From a virus (taxonomy: Duplodnaviria; Caudoviricetes): a stretch of DNA of 28,050 bases. Location: positions 1 to 28,050 of the IMG/VR virus record IMGVR_UViG_3300042377_000611. The stretch is one strand, 5' to 3'. Positions 1-7,691 of the stretch are shown one piece after another. How positions within the stretch are numbered: position 1 is the stretch's first letter; each line of letters begins with the position of its first letter. Under the pieces are notes generated by a model. It was not told where the DNA came from. It saw only the letters and a program-made list of their open reading frames with translations, and ran no database searches. A program made the translations under genes and the position numbers.

Positions 1-2
1 TT

Positions 3-404
3 GATGGTATGATTAACGCGATGAATTCAAGTGCATCTCAAATCTTAACTGAAAATGATTTAACAATTTTCTTATCTTACGCTGATTTTAATACATTAGT
101 TGTTGCTTTAAGAAACGCAAATTACTTTCACTATTCAGTAGGACAAGAAGAAACAGGTGCTTCAAGATGGACTTTTATGTATCCAGGACAACCAGTTAGA
201 ATTGTTGCAGTAAGAGGTCTTAACGGAACTAACAAAAGATTATTAACTAACGCAAAAAACCTAGCAATGGGAACTGATTTAATGTCTGATTATTCATCAT
301 TCAGAATTTGGTATGAAAACTTATATGACCAAGTTTATTTCAGAGCGAAATTTAAAATCGGTGCAGCAGCATACTACTACCAAAACATAGTTTATTTTAA
401 GTAA
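3..404 (+). CDS. Major capsid protein, C-terminal part (truncated by window start)
   Basis: Frame is open upstream of the listed ATG (gat ggt atg at 3). The C-terminus GTDLMSD...WYENLYDQVYFRAKFKIG resembles HK97-fold capsid proteins of Bacteroidota phages. It is followed by a hairpin and structural genes. Confidence 0.75.
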   Translation, partial: DGMINAMNSSASQILTENDLTIFLSYADFNTLVVALRNANYFHYSVGQEETGASRWTFMYPGQPVRIVAVRGLNGTNKRLLTNAKNLAMGTDLMSDYSSFRIWYENLYDQVYFRAKFKIGAAAYYYQNIVYFK

Positions 405-422
405 TAAATAAACAAAATTAAA

Positions 423-466
423 TTAACTCATTAGGGGGGAGATTGATTCAAACCCCACAGAGTTAA
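423..466 (+). other. Stem-loop after the capsid gene (possible mRNA stabiliser or attenuator)
   Basis: TTAACTC..GGGG-loop-CCCC..GAGTTAA inverted repeat with no U-tract. Confidence 0.45.
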
Positions 467-487
467 ATAAAAAGAAATTAAAAACAA

Positions 488-1000
488 ATGGCATGTTTAT
501 TAACATCAGGATATAGTATCGGTTGTAAAACACAAGCAGGCGTCCAAAAAGTATTTATAGGTCAATGGAATGATACTTCATTAACTTATACATTCGGAAC
601 AAATAGTATAATCACTGCATTCGGTGGTGCTACTACTTCATTCTATACTTTTCAACAACCGATTGAAACATCATCTTATACTGCGCCAGCAGAGGTGAAT
701 ACAGAAAATAACGCAATTCAATATAATCAAACATTATCAATTAATGTTCAAGGTATGAACGCTGCTTTACTTAATCAAATTAAAACATTAGGTCAAGGTG
801 TGTGGAGAATTCTTATATTGGATAAAAACGGACTTTACTTTTTAATGGGTAAATCTGGACCAGTTCAAGTATCAGCAATTGATAGTGGATTAGGAAAAGC
901 AGGAACTGACTTAACAGGTGCAATGATTACTTTTACATCAAAAGAAGATCAACCACTTTATGAAGTAAATTCAGCAGCGGCTTTAACACTTATCGCTTAA
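488..1000 (+). CDS. Virion structural protein, probable major tail (tube) protein
   Basis: 170 aa, beta-rich, MACxLTxG..C...G N-terminus typical of the gene after the capsid gene in Bacteroidota phages; followed by a terminator. Confidence 0.6.
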   Translation: MACLLTSGYSIGCKTQAGVQKVFIGQWNDTSLTYTFGTNSIITAFGGATTSFYTFQQPIETSSYTAPAEVNTENNAIQYNQTLSINVQGMNAALLNQIKTLGQGVWRILILDKNGLYFLMGKSGPVQVSAIDSGLGKAGTDLTGAMITFTSKEDQPLYEVNSAAALTLIA

Positions 1001-1025
1001 TTCTATTTTCCAATTAGAATAAAAG

Positions 1026-1063
1026 AACCTCACTTTGACATAGTAATCAAGGTGGGGTTTTTT
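1026..1063 (+). terminator. Intrinsic terminator
   Basis: AACCTCACTTTGA-catagtaa-TCAAGGTGGGGTT followed by a T-run. Confidence 0.85.
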
Positions 1064-1065
1064 AT

Positions 1066-1092
1066 TGATAAAAAATTAAAAATTTATATTTA
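1066..1092 (+). promoter_or_regulatory. Putative phage late/middle promoter TGATAA-N13-TATATTTA
   Basis: Same motif and spacing at 14430-14456, both continuing TGAGTATGAAGA; a variant occurs at 9467-9494. Lies directly after a terminator. Confidence 0.5.
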
Positions 1093-1292
1093 TGAGTATG
1101 AAGATAAAAGAAGAACATTTAGACAAAAACATTTCTTGTCCTTTTACCGGAAAACACCTTTGGGTAAGAGAGTTAGAACCATCAGTATATTCACACTATT
1201 CAAGTAAAGGATATGAATGGTTGTTTGAAGAAGAAGTTAAAGAGATTAGTGAAGAAGAATTTTTTACTGAACCTACTAAAAAGAAAAAGTAA
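1092..1292 (+). CDS. Small hypothetical protein (true start may be 1098)
   Basis: 66 aa ORF in operon context; acidic stretch then Lys-rich C-terminus. Confidence 0.6.
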   Translation: MSMKIKEEHLDKNISCPFTGKHLWVRELEPSVYSHYSSKGYEWLFEEEVKEISEEEFFTEPTKKKK

Positions 1293-1295
1293 GTA

Positions 1296-1700
1296 ATGAT
1301 ATACTTAAACTCTGGAACAAATAGTATAGTTGCGACCCTATATGAAAGATGTAGTAATCTTATTAATCCTTACTTTACTTGGAAGTTAATTGATAAAGAT
1401 TCAGATGCGACATATTTGTTTTATGCTGCTGATAAATCAACCGCACCTTATTATTGGAATTCATTTACCGTATCAGTCGGTGTTGGATCAGCGACAGCAG
1501 GATATGTTAATATACCACCATCAACTTATTCTTATGAGGTATATGAAATGACTAATCCTTATGACTTAAATTTAAGTAATTCATTAGGTATAGTTGAAAA
1601 TGGAATAATAACATATAACGCAACTTTTTCAAGACCAAAATCATTTACTCAATCAAATGATGATGTGACCGTTGTGTATAGAAATCAAAATAGAATATAA
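1296..1700 (+). CDS. Hypothetical virion protein upstream of the portal
   Basis: 134 aa beta-rich ORF tightly packed between neighbours. Confidence 0.6.
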   Translation: MIYLNSGTNSIVATLYERCSNLINPYFTWKLIDKDSDATYLFYAADKSTAPYYWNSFTVSVGVGSATAGYVNIPPSTYSYEVYEMTNPYDLNLSNSLGIVENGIITYNATFSRPKSFTQSNDDVTVVYRNQNRI

Positions 1701-1702
1701 TT

Positions 1703-3031
1703 ATGGAAGAAAGAATAATAAGAGATGGACTTGATAATGAAACGGGGAAGCCGTTCGCTTTGAGAGCAGTTGAATTTAATATGATCGGTAAAGATATACC
1801 ACAATATAAAGAAAGTATGAATCCAAGAGGCGGCTTCATTAACTTCGGTGATGATAATTTAATGCCTGATTATTATATTTCTTTACTTGACAGATCACCA
1901 AAACATAACGCGATAATTCATCAGAAAGCAGCAATGATTTCTGGTAATGGTTGGATTAAAAATAATCTTTCTAATGAAGCATTAAAGTTTTTATCTAACT
2001 CTATGAATGAAGATGATTTAGAAGAAATTGTGACCAGAGTAGGATATGATTTAGAAGTGTATGGTGCTTTCTTACTTAACATAGTATGGTCAAAAGACAG
2101 AACAAAGATCGCGGAGATTAATTATATGAATCCTCAATCAATGCGTATTGTAGTTCCGAGTAAAGATTATCCACAAACAGAAGGATATTTAATTTGTAAG
2201 GACTGGACTAATGTAAATAAATTAGACAATAAACCTATTTATTATCCAGCGTTTTCAACAAAGGACAGAAGTAATCCTAATCAATTATTATATTGTAAAA
2301 CATATCAAGCGGGTAAATACTGGTATGGTGTTCCTGAATATATATCAGGCGCGAGATGGATTGAAATGGAATTTGAGATTTCACAATTTCACCTTTCAAA
2401 TATCAAGAATGGTTTTGCGCCAAGTATGTTTATTAATTTTCCAACAGGTATTCCTACTGATGAAGAAATGTTAATCAATGACAGAAAGTTAATGCGTCAA
2501 TTGGCTGGACCAAAAGGCGGTGGTAAAGCATTTATTACCTATTCAGAAGATAAAGATTCAACACCAACTATTCAACCAATAGAAACAAATAGTAGTGATA
2601 CAAAATATATTGATCTTAATGATATGATTACAGAAGGTATATTAGGATCACATAGAGTAAATGATCCAGATCTTTTTGGTTTAGGAAATCATGATGGTGG
2701 TATAACATTTGGTCAAACTAACATATTAAATTCACTTGAAATGTTTAGAAGTCAGTATATAGTTCCTAAACAAAGATTTATTGAAAAGCAGTTTAATAGA
2801 TTATCAAGAATAAATGGAATCACTGACAGATTAGAACTTGCGAACTATGAATTAAATTTCGCAAAGATGGATTTATCAATAAGTGATACTCTTTCTATTT
2901 TGTCGGCACCTATTACTGATGATGCAAAAAGAAATCTTCTTATCATTAATGGTATAACGGAAGAGGACGCAAATAAATTAGTAATCACTAATCCGGCACC
3001 AACTGAACCAAAAAATAATCCTCCTGCATAA
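1703..3031 (+). CDS. Portal protein
   Basis: 442 aa; motifs FGDDNL.P.Y, SPKHNAII, YGVPEY, NGFAPS and I...HRV..P.LFG match phage portal proteins. Confidence 0.85.
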   Translation: MEERIIRDGLDNETGKPFALRAVEFNMIGKDIPQYKESMNPRGGFINFGDDNLMPDYYISLLDRSPKHNAIIHQKAAMISGNGWIKNNLSNEALKFLSNSMNEDDLEEIVTRVGYDLEVYGAFLLNIVWSKDRTKIAEINYMNPQSMRIVVPSKDYPQTEGYLICKDWTNVNKLDNKPIYYPAFSTKDRSNPNQLLYCKTYQAGKYWYGVPEYISGARWIEMEFEISQFHLSNIKNGFAPSMFINFPTGIPTDEEMLINDRKLMRQLAGPKGGGKAFITYSEDKDSTPTIQPIETNSSDTKYIDLNDMITEGILGSHRVNDPDLFGLGNHDGGITFGQTNILNSLEMFRSQYIVPKQRFIEKQFNRLSRINGITDRLELANYELNFAKMDLSISDTLSILSAPITDDAKRNLLIINGITEEDANKLVITNPAPTEPKNNPPA

Positions 3032-3633
3032 TGGCTTTCGCAACACTTATAGATGTTGAATATGTTTTTATTCACTCTACAATAGATAAAAATACTGATG
3101 CTGATTTAATCGCACCAAACATTATAGTTGCTCAGGATACTAATATACAACAGATATTAGGATATACTTTATATCAGAAGTTAATGGACTTGGTCACAAC
3201 CGGTGCAATAAATGACGCCGGAAACTCTAAATACTTATTATTACTTGCTAACTTTGTTCAGCCTGCACTATGTCATCACACGGTATGGCACTCACTTCCA
3301 TCAATTCAATATAGATTAACAAATAAATCTATTCTTTCTAAAACTACTGACTCCGCGACCACTACTGGATTAAAAGAATTGATGTATATGAGGGACAATG
3401 TTAAGCACTATGCAGATTTCTATAATCAAAGGATTAGAGAGTTGATAATTAATAATCCAAGTGATTACCCAGAATACTTCCAAAGTGTCGGTATAGATAG
3501 AATTAGACCTAAAAGAACAACATATTTTTCTGGTTGGTCAGGTAATGCGGGTGGCACAACAAAAAAACCTAATAATGGTTACGGAGATCCTGACTGCTGC
3601 GATGAGCCATGGGGGACCCCGTTAAACTGGTAA
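3031..3633 (+). CDS. Probable head-tail adaptor/connector
   Basis: 200 aa helical protein coupled to the portal (TAATG); N.D.DLI.P.I..AQD..IQ.ILG..LY pattern. Confidence 0.6.
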   Translation: MAFATLIDVEYVFIHSTIDKNTDADLIAPNIIVAQDTNIQQILGYTLYQKLMDLVTTGAINDAGNSKYLLLLANFVQPALCHHTVWHSLPSIQYRLTNKSILSKTTDSATTTGLKELMYMRDNVKHYADFYNQRIRELIINNPSDYPEYFQSVGIDRIRPKRTTYFSGWSGNAGGTTKKPNNGYGDPDCCDEPWGTPLNW

Positions 3634-3782
3634 TGAGAAACGGAACATACAAATCAAATCTGAACAAGTTTAGTAAATACTTGAAAGATAAAAGTAAAGA
3701 AAAGTGCGGTGAGTGTAATGAACTTCCTTGTATATGCCTTTTAGAAAACTTTGAGAATGAAAAAAAGAAAGTAAAAAAATGA
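3633..3782 (+). CDS. Small Cys-containing protein (49 aa, not in the ORF track)
   Basis: MRNGTYKSNLNKFSKYLKDKSKEKCGECNELPCICLLENFENEKKKVKK; overlaps both neighbours (TAATG and ATGA); CxxC-x4-CxC. Confidence 0.55.
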   Translation: MRNGTYKSNLNKFSKYLKDKSKEKCGECNELPCICLLENFENEKKKVKK

Positions 3783-4024
3783 TGATTAACATATTAACAT
3801 TTATTGGTGGCTTGATGTTAGCCATAATAGGATATTTCTTAAAACAAACTATGGATGAATTAAAATCTGTAAAGGATTTATCTTATAGAACAAAGAATAA
3901 ATTAGATGTTCTTTCTAATGATCACACAAATAAGTATGATAATCTTACAGAAAAGATGTCGGAATTAAAAGAAGTAATAAGTGATTTAACAAATGAAATC
4001 AAGCAACTCAATAAAAGAAATTAG
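3779..4024 (+). CDS. Membrane-anchored coiled-coil protein, holin/lysis-accessory-like
   Basis: N-terminal transmembrane segment (ILTFIGGLMLAIIGYFL) then a heptad coiled coil; last gene of the operon. Confidence 0.5.
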   Translation: MMINILTFIGGLMLAIIGYFLKQTMDELKSVKDLSYRTKNKLDVLSNDHTNKYDNLTEKMSELKEVISDLTNEIKQLNKRN

Positions 4025-4449
4025 TTCCAAGTAAATCCTAAAATATCGGTTTTATTTTTACTATTCGCTTCATCAATTTCATTTGCCAATTCCTCCATAC
4101 CTTTAATCATAAATAGTTGTGCTTCTATTCTTATTCTTTCTCTCTTTGTAAATTCTCTGATTACTTTTGTATCATGCTCAATCCAATATCCTGACGCACC
4201 AGAACATATTGGTGATAATCTTCTACCTCTGATATAATTTATACACTTCATCAATCTTGCTTTACCAAAAGATCCGTTGAATCCAATTCTACCTTGATGA
4301 TTATTGAACCAAACAATAATTCTATTTGCGGTTATTCCTTTTTTATAATTACTCGCATTCAATTCAAGAAGTTTTATTAAATGAGGTATGACTTTATCAT
4401 GATCGCACTGCGTCATTTCTGGTGTTAGTGGCTTTATTCTTTCTTTCAT
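4021..4449 (-). CDS. Putative winged helix-turn-helix DNA-binding protein
   Basis: IT...I / RL.K.INYIR....PICSG..GYW pattern of small phage wHTH proteins. Confidence 0.55.
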   Translation of the reverse strand: MKERIKPLTPEMTQCDHDKVIPHLIKLLELNASNYKKGITANRIIVWFNNHQGRIGFNGSFGKARLMKCINYIRGRRLSPICSGASGYWIEHDTKVIREFTKRERIRIEAQLFMIKGMEELANEIDEANSKNKTDILGFTWN

Positions 4450-4451
4450 AT

Positions 4452-4721
4452 TTACTTTTTTAATCTTTTTATACCATCTAATACATCATTTGATGTGGTT
4501 GATCCCCATTCACATATACCGCCTTTATTCCTTCGGAGTTTTTCACTCATAGGATAGTAGTCATATGTTAATTCACTATGTATGGTAATCTTATACATAG
4601 TGTCTGGTGCGTTTTCTGGACCGTGTGATGATACTTTATACATTTTTGATATAAGAGGTAGTATATCACTTCTGAATGATTCTAATCTTTGTTTTCTTTC
4701 TTCTTTTTTATTCTTCTTCAT
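4452..4721 (-). CDS. Hypothetical protein
   Basis: 89 aa ORF, 2 nt from the next gene. Confidence 0.6.
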   Translation of the reverse strand: MKKNKKEERKQRLESFRSDILPLISKMYKVSSHGPENAPDTMYKITIHSELTYDYYPMSEKLRRNKGGICEWGSTTSNDVLDGIKRLKK

Positions 4722-4757
4722 ATTCTATATATTAACTATTATGTTTTCCTTTTAAGC

Positions 4758-5189
4758 ATAGAAAGTATTACAACCTCATTTAGTATAGGAAGTAATGAAG
4801 ACCTTTAAGTTTCTACATTCAAGCCATCATCTTCCTGAACCACCTTTCTTAACTATGGTTCCAACCGCGGATTAATATTCTGTTGATTGATCGGGTTGTG
4901 AATTTAGACACAGCGCCCTATTGAATATTAGAGTGACCTACCCAAGATATTATCTTTAAGGATTTTGTAGGATTTATTTTTATTTAATCTTCTAATGTTT
5001 TAGCCTCCAATACCTAATATACTAATTAACTTTTCTGTTTTTAAGTTTATTAATATACTAACAAAAAGGACATTACTGCAATTTATCTCTGGCTGACCAG
5101 GCATGGACTACACCATGAGCATTTCATCTTCTTATTAAATTATATTTACCTCTTATTGCTCGTAGTATGTTCTTTTTAATGCTTTCTAT
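4758..5189 (-). ncRNA. Candidate large structured non-coding RNA (about 430 nt)
   Basis: 530-bp gap without a listed ORF; 13-bp end-to-end helix; at least seven internal hairpins, several needing G-U pairs that exist only on the minus strand; TTAATATATA motif just upstream (5210-5219). Confidence 0.55.
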
Positions 5190-5251
5190 TTCCTCCAATT
5201 GCTGTAAAATATATATTAAATATCCGCTTTCTTGTTGTTAGAAAATAAAAA

Positions 5252-5509
5252 TTATTTTGTGTTATAAATCCAATTCATAAAATCTAAATCATCCTGCTTT
5301 TTAATTTCATCTTGATATTCTTCATCAGCAACTATGAATCTTAAACGGCATATTAACCAATTAAGTTCAACCTCTGACGGTTTAAATAAGTATCTATCAT
5401 AAGCGTCATGTATAATTACTTCGCTCACCATATCACTTTTAATTAATTGTGGTTTGTAGGAACTCATCATATGCTCAACTACAAGTTTTATTTTTTCTTT
5501 ATTATCCAT
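5252..5509 (-). CDS. Hypothetical protein
   Basis: 85 aa ORF. Confidence 0.6.
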   Translation of the reverse strand: MDNKEKIKLVVEHMMSSYKPQLIKSDMVSEVIIHDAYDRYLFKPSEVELNWLICRLRFIVADEEYQDEIKKQDDLDFMNWIYNTK

Positions 5510-5558
5510 ACTATTATATCTAAAAACGGTTTAAAGGATTGCCGTTGTCCTTAATAAA

Positions 5559-6122
5559 TTATACACTTAATTTTTTTAATAAATCAGTAATCTCATTTGC
5601 TGTTTTTTTCATATCATCATTACTATGAAGCGACATATGAATGTGATTAGGATTATACTTACCAACTTTTCTAAATCCAAACTTTCTGAAAAAAGAAGTT
5701 TGTTGAGCCACAGGTGTATCTCTTTTGTTAGATCCAATACCAACTGAACCAGTGCATTCAAGGATTAAGTCACCAACTGAATCACTTATTTTAACAACCG
5801 CGGAGAAGTAAGCAAACAAAACTATCTTCATTAAGATACTACCGCATCCTTTTGTGTTTGATATGATTCGGCTTATATCAACATTACCTTCATATGACTT
5901 AAAGTTAATATGTGAGCCATCAGGTAAAGATATATTACAAACCTCTGAACTATACATATTGAATTTACCTTTTGAATTTTGAACCATAGATATTAATGGG
6001 TAGGTTGAAACTTTAATACTTTCACAAGACATATCTTTAATCATTGAAGCCATATAAGAATATGTTGCGTTGTTTGAAAATTCTTTAACAGAAGTTGTGC
6101 TTGTCATAAATTGTGTTTTCAT
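5559..6122 (-). CDS. Putative GNAT-family acetyltransferase
   Basis: ISRI...KGCGSILM (motif A-like) and FFRKFGF (motif B-like); has its own early promoter. Confidence 0.6.
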   Translation of the reverse strand: MKTQFMTSTTSVKEFSNNATYSYMASMIKDMSCESIKVSTYPLISMVQNSKGKFNMYSSEVCNISLPDGSHINFKSYEGNVDISRIISNTKGCGSILMKIVLFAYFSAVVKISDSVGDLILECTGSVGIGSNKRDTPVAQQTSFFRKFGFRKVGKYNPNHIHMSLHSNDDMKKTANEITDLLKKLSV

Positions 6123-6198
6123 ATTTTTAAGTTTTAAGTGGTTTATGTTTTTCTATACTATAAAGATACGGATAAAGTTTTAATCTGCCAAATTTATT
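6123..6198 (-). promoter_or_regulatory. Early promoter/leader cassette P1
   Basis: Minus strand TTTG (6189-6192)-N20-TATCTTTA (6161-6168), then leader TAGAAA..AACCACTTAAAA..ATG. Confidence 0.75.
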
Positions 6199-6489
6199 TT
6201 AATAAACATCTGCTCTTGAACCAAAAGCCGCGATGAAGTCATAATCTAATAAATCAAGTCCATCATTGTTTCTGATGTCATAAGTCCATACAGCCATGCT
6301 GTGAGCGTCGCCGCGGCTGTCTGGTTTTTGGTCAATTTCAATTCCATCTTTTGTGATGTAGTTTAGAACTATTGATAAAGATGTTTTGTCATCGCGAGAA
6401 TCTTGTAACCAAAGAGTAAATCCGATTTTTTGAATTGACTTGATTGCTGTTTTGCTTAAACGGCCTTTTTTTGTGATTAAGTTTTTCAT
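6199..6489 (-). CDS. Hypothetical early protein
   Basis: 96 aa ORF headed by a promoter cassette. Confidence 0.7.
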   Translation of the reverse strand: MKNLITKKGRLSKTAIKSIQKIGFTLWLQDSRDDKTSLSIVLNYITKDGIEIDQKPDSRGDAHSMAVWTYDIRNNDGLDLLDYDFIAAFGSRADVY

Positions 6490-6574
6490 ATTTTCTAATT
6501 TTTTAAGTGGTTAATATTGTGTTTTTCTATACTATAAAGATACGGAACTTATTTTAATCTGCCAAATTTATTTT
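6490..6574 (-). promoter_or_regulatory. Early promoter/leader cassette P2
   Basis: Minus strand TTTG (6563-6566)-N20-TATCTTTA (6535-6542); near-copy of P1. Confidence 0.75.
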
Positions 6575-6577
6575 CAA

Positions 6578-6853
6578 TTATTTTGTTAATTTTACTTCAA
6601 TTCTTCTTTGAGTGTAATTGCGACCTACCTTCATACCACCAGTATATTCAAAATCAACCTTTTTGAATCCAAAATAACTAACAATAAAGTCAAGGCAATC
6701 TACTAAATTATCATCACCAGGGTCGCCAGGAACGGTTAATTTGAACTTAAAAACCGTTTTGAACTCTTTACTTGACCAATCAAAATGACAGCCGTCAATG
6801 TCTAAAAATCTATCTGTGATGATGTCCTTAATATATGTATCTGTGTATTTCAT
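6578..6853 (-). CDS. Hypothetical early protein (probably leaderless mRNA)
   Basis: 91 aa; ATG lies 4 nt after the -7 element. Confidence 0.7.
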   Translation of the reverse strand: MKYTDTYIKDIITDRFLDIDGCHFDWSSKEFKTVFKFKLTVPGDPGDDNLVDCLDFIVSYFGFKKVDFEYTGGMKVGRNYTQRRIEVKLTK

Positions 6854-6897
6854 ATTGTAAAGATACGGAGGATTTCCCTATTCACCAAATTTATTTT
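6854..6897 (-). promoter_or_regulatory. Early promoter P3
   Basis: Minus strand TTTG (6886-6889)-N20-TATCTTTA (6858-6865)-caat-ATG. Confidence 0.75.
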
Positions 6898-6910
6898 CAT
6901 CTTTTTTGAT

Positions 6911-6929
6911 ATTTATAATCATTCTAAAT
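6911..6929. promoter_or_regulatory. Palindromic operator 1 (9-1-9)
   Basis: ATTTATAAT-C-ATTCTAAAT, one mismatch from the perfect dyad ATTTAGAAT-N-ATTCTAAAT. Confidence 0.6.
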
Positions 6930-6972
6930 AAGGATACTTCGCTCGCAATGCGATTAAGTGCTATATAGTGTT

Positions 6973-6991
6973 AATTAGAATCATTCTAAAT
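6973..6991. promoter_or_regulatory. Palindromic operator 2 (9-1-9)
   Basis: AATTAGAAT-C-ATTCTAAAT, one mismatch from the same dyad; centre 62 bp from operator 1. Confidence 0.6.
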
Positions 6992-7004
6992 AGGAAAATA
7001 ATCA

Positions 7005-7048
7005 AAAATAAATTTGGTGGTTGAGAAAAAGTTCCGTATCTTTGAAGT
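7005..7048 (+). promoter_or_regulatory. Early promoter P4 (perfect Bacteroidota consensus)
   Basis: TTTG (7013-7016)-N20-TATCTTTG (7037-7044)-aagt-ATG, matching the -33/-7 consensus TTTG..TAnnTTTG. Confidence 0.8.
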
Positions 7049-7345
7049 ATGAAAACAACTAATAAAATATCAAGAGCAGAATTTGACAAAGTAGTTTTAG
7101 ATGAAATGGCAAGTCCTATACTTATTTTTAATGGACCTACTCCAGCGATGGTTAATGGTGTTAGAAGAGATCCTGACTCTATTGAGTATCCAACAAGAAT
7201 CCAAGCCGAGAACTACGCTTTCTGGAAGATTACAGGATGCTGGGCTCAAAATGACTTTGTGATTGATTTCTGGAATGGTTTATCATCAGTTAGGGTTGAT
7301 GGTATTACATTCATTGCAGATGTTGAAATGAGTAAATTTATGTAA
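7049..7345 (+). CDS. Hypothetical early protein (probably leaderless mRNA)
   Basis: 98 aa; ATG lies 4 nt after the -7 element. Confidence 0.7.
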   Translation: MKTTNKISRAEFDKVVLDEMASPILIFNGPTPAMVNGVRRDPDSIEYPTRIQAENYAFWKITGCWAQNDFVIDFWNGLSSVRVDGITFIADVEMSKFM

Positions 7346-7348
7346 AAT

Positions 7349-7424
7349 AAATTAGGTCAATTCAGAAAAGTTCCGTATCTTTATAGTATAGAAATAACCA
7401 CTTAAAAAATTAGAAATTATGACA
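7349..7424 (+). repeat. 76-bp exact direct repeat, copy 1 (promoter P5, leader and start codon)
   Basis: Identical to 7691-7766; TTAG-N20-TATCTTTA. Confidence 0.9.
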
Positions 7425-7691
7425 ATTCAAGAAAAAATAGAGGCAAAATTATTAAAGGATTTAAGATCTTTCAGCGTTCATAGAACTGAAAAAAAAGGAG
7501 TATATGAAGTATCTGGTGAATTAAGAAATGACCGTAATTTCAGCATAGGTGACCTTAATTGTAATCAATCTATCATTGCATCATTTCAACCTTTCAGCGA
7601 TGACCAATCAACTTATAAGACATTTAACAAGTGGAAATTCAACACAGAAGATGATATTATAGATGCAATTTGTTCTTTTATTTTAGGATAA
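7419..7691 (+). CDS. Hypothetical early protein flanked by the direct repeats
   Basis: 90 aa ORF. Confidence 0.7.
   Translation: MTIQEKIEAKLLKDLRSFSVHRTEKKGVYEVSGELRNDRNFSIGDLNCNQSIIASFQPFSDDQSTYKTFNKWKFNTEDDIIDAICSFILG

Noticed and set aside
4672-4685. Partial match to the operator dyad (CTGAAT-G-ATTCTAA)
   Set aside because: Lies inside a coding sequence with a weak left arm; likely chance.
4758-5189. Retron msr-msd, DGR template, group I/II intron or tRNA
   Set aside because: No reverse transcriptase in the window, no interrupted host gene, and no recognisable catalytic-core or cloverleaf motifs; kept as an unclassified RNA candidate.
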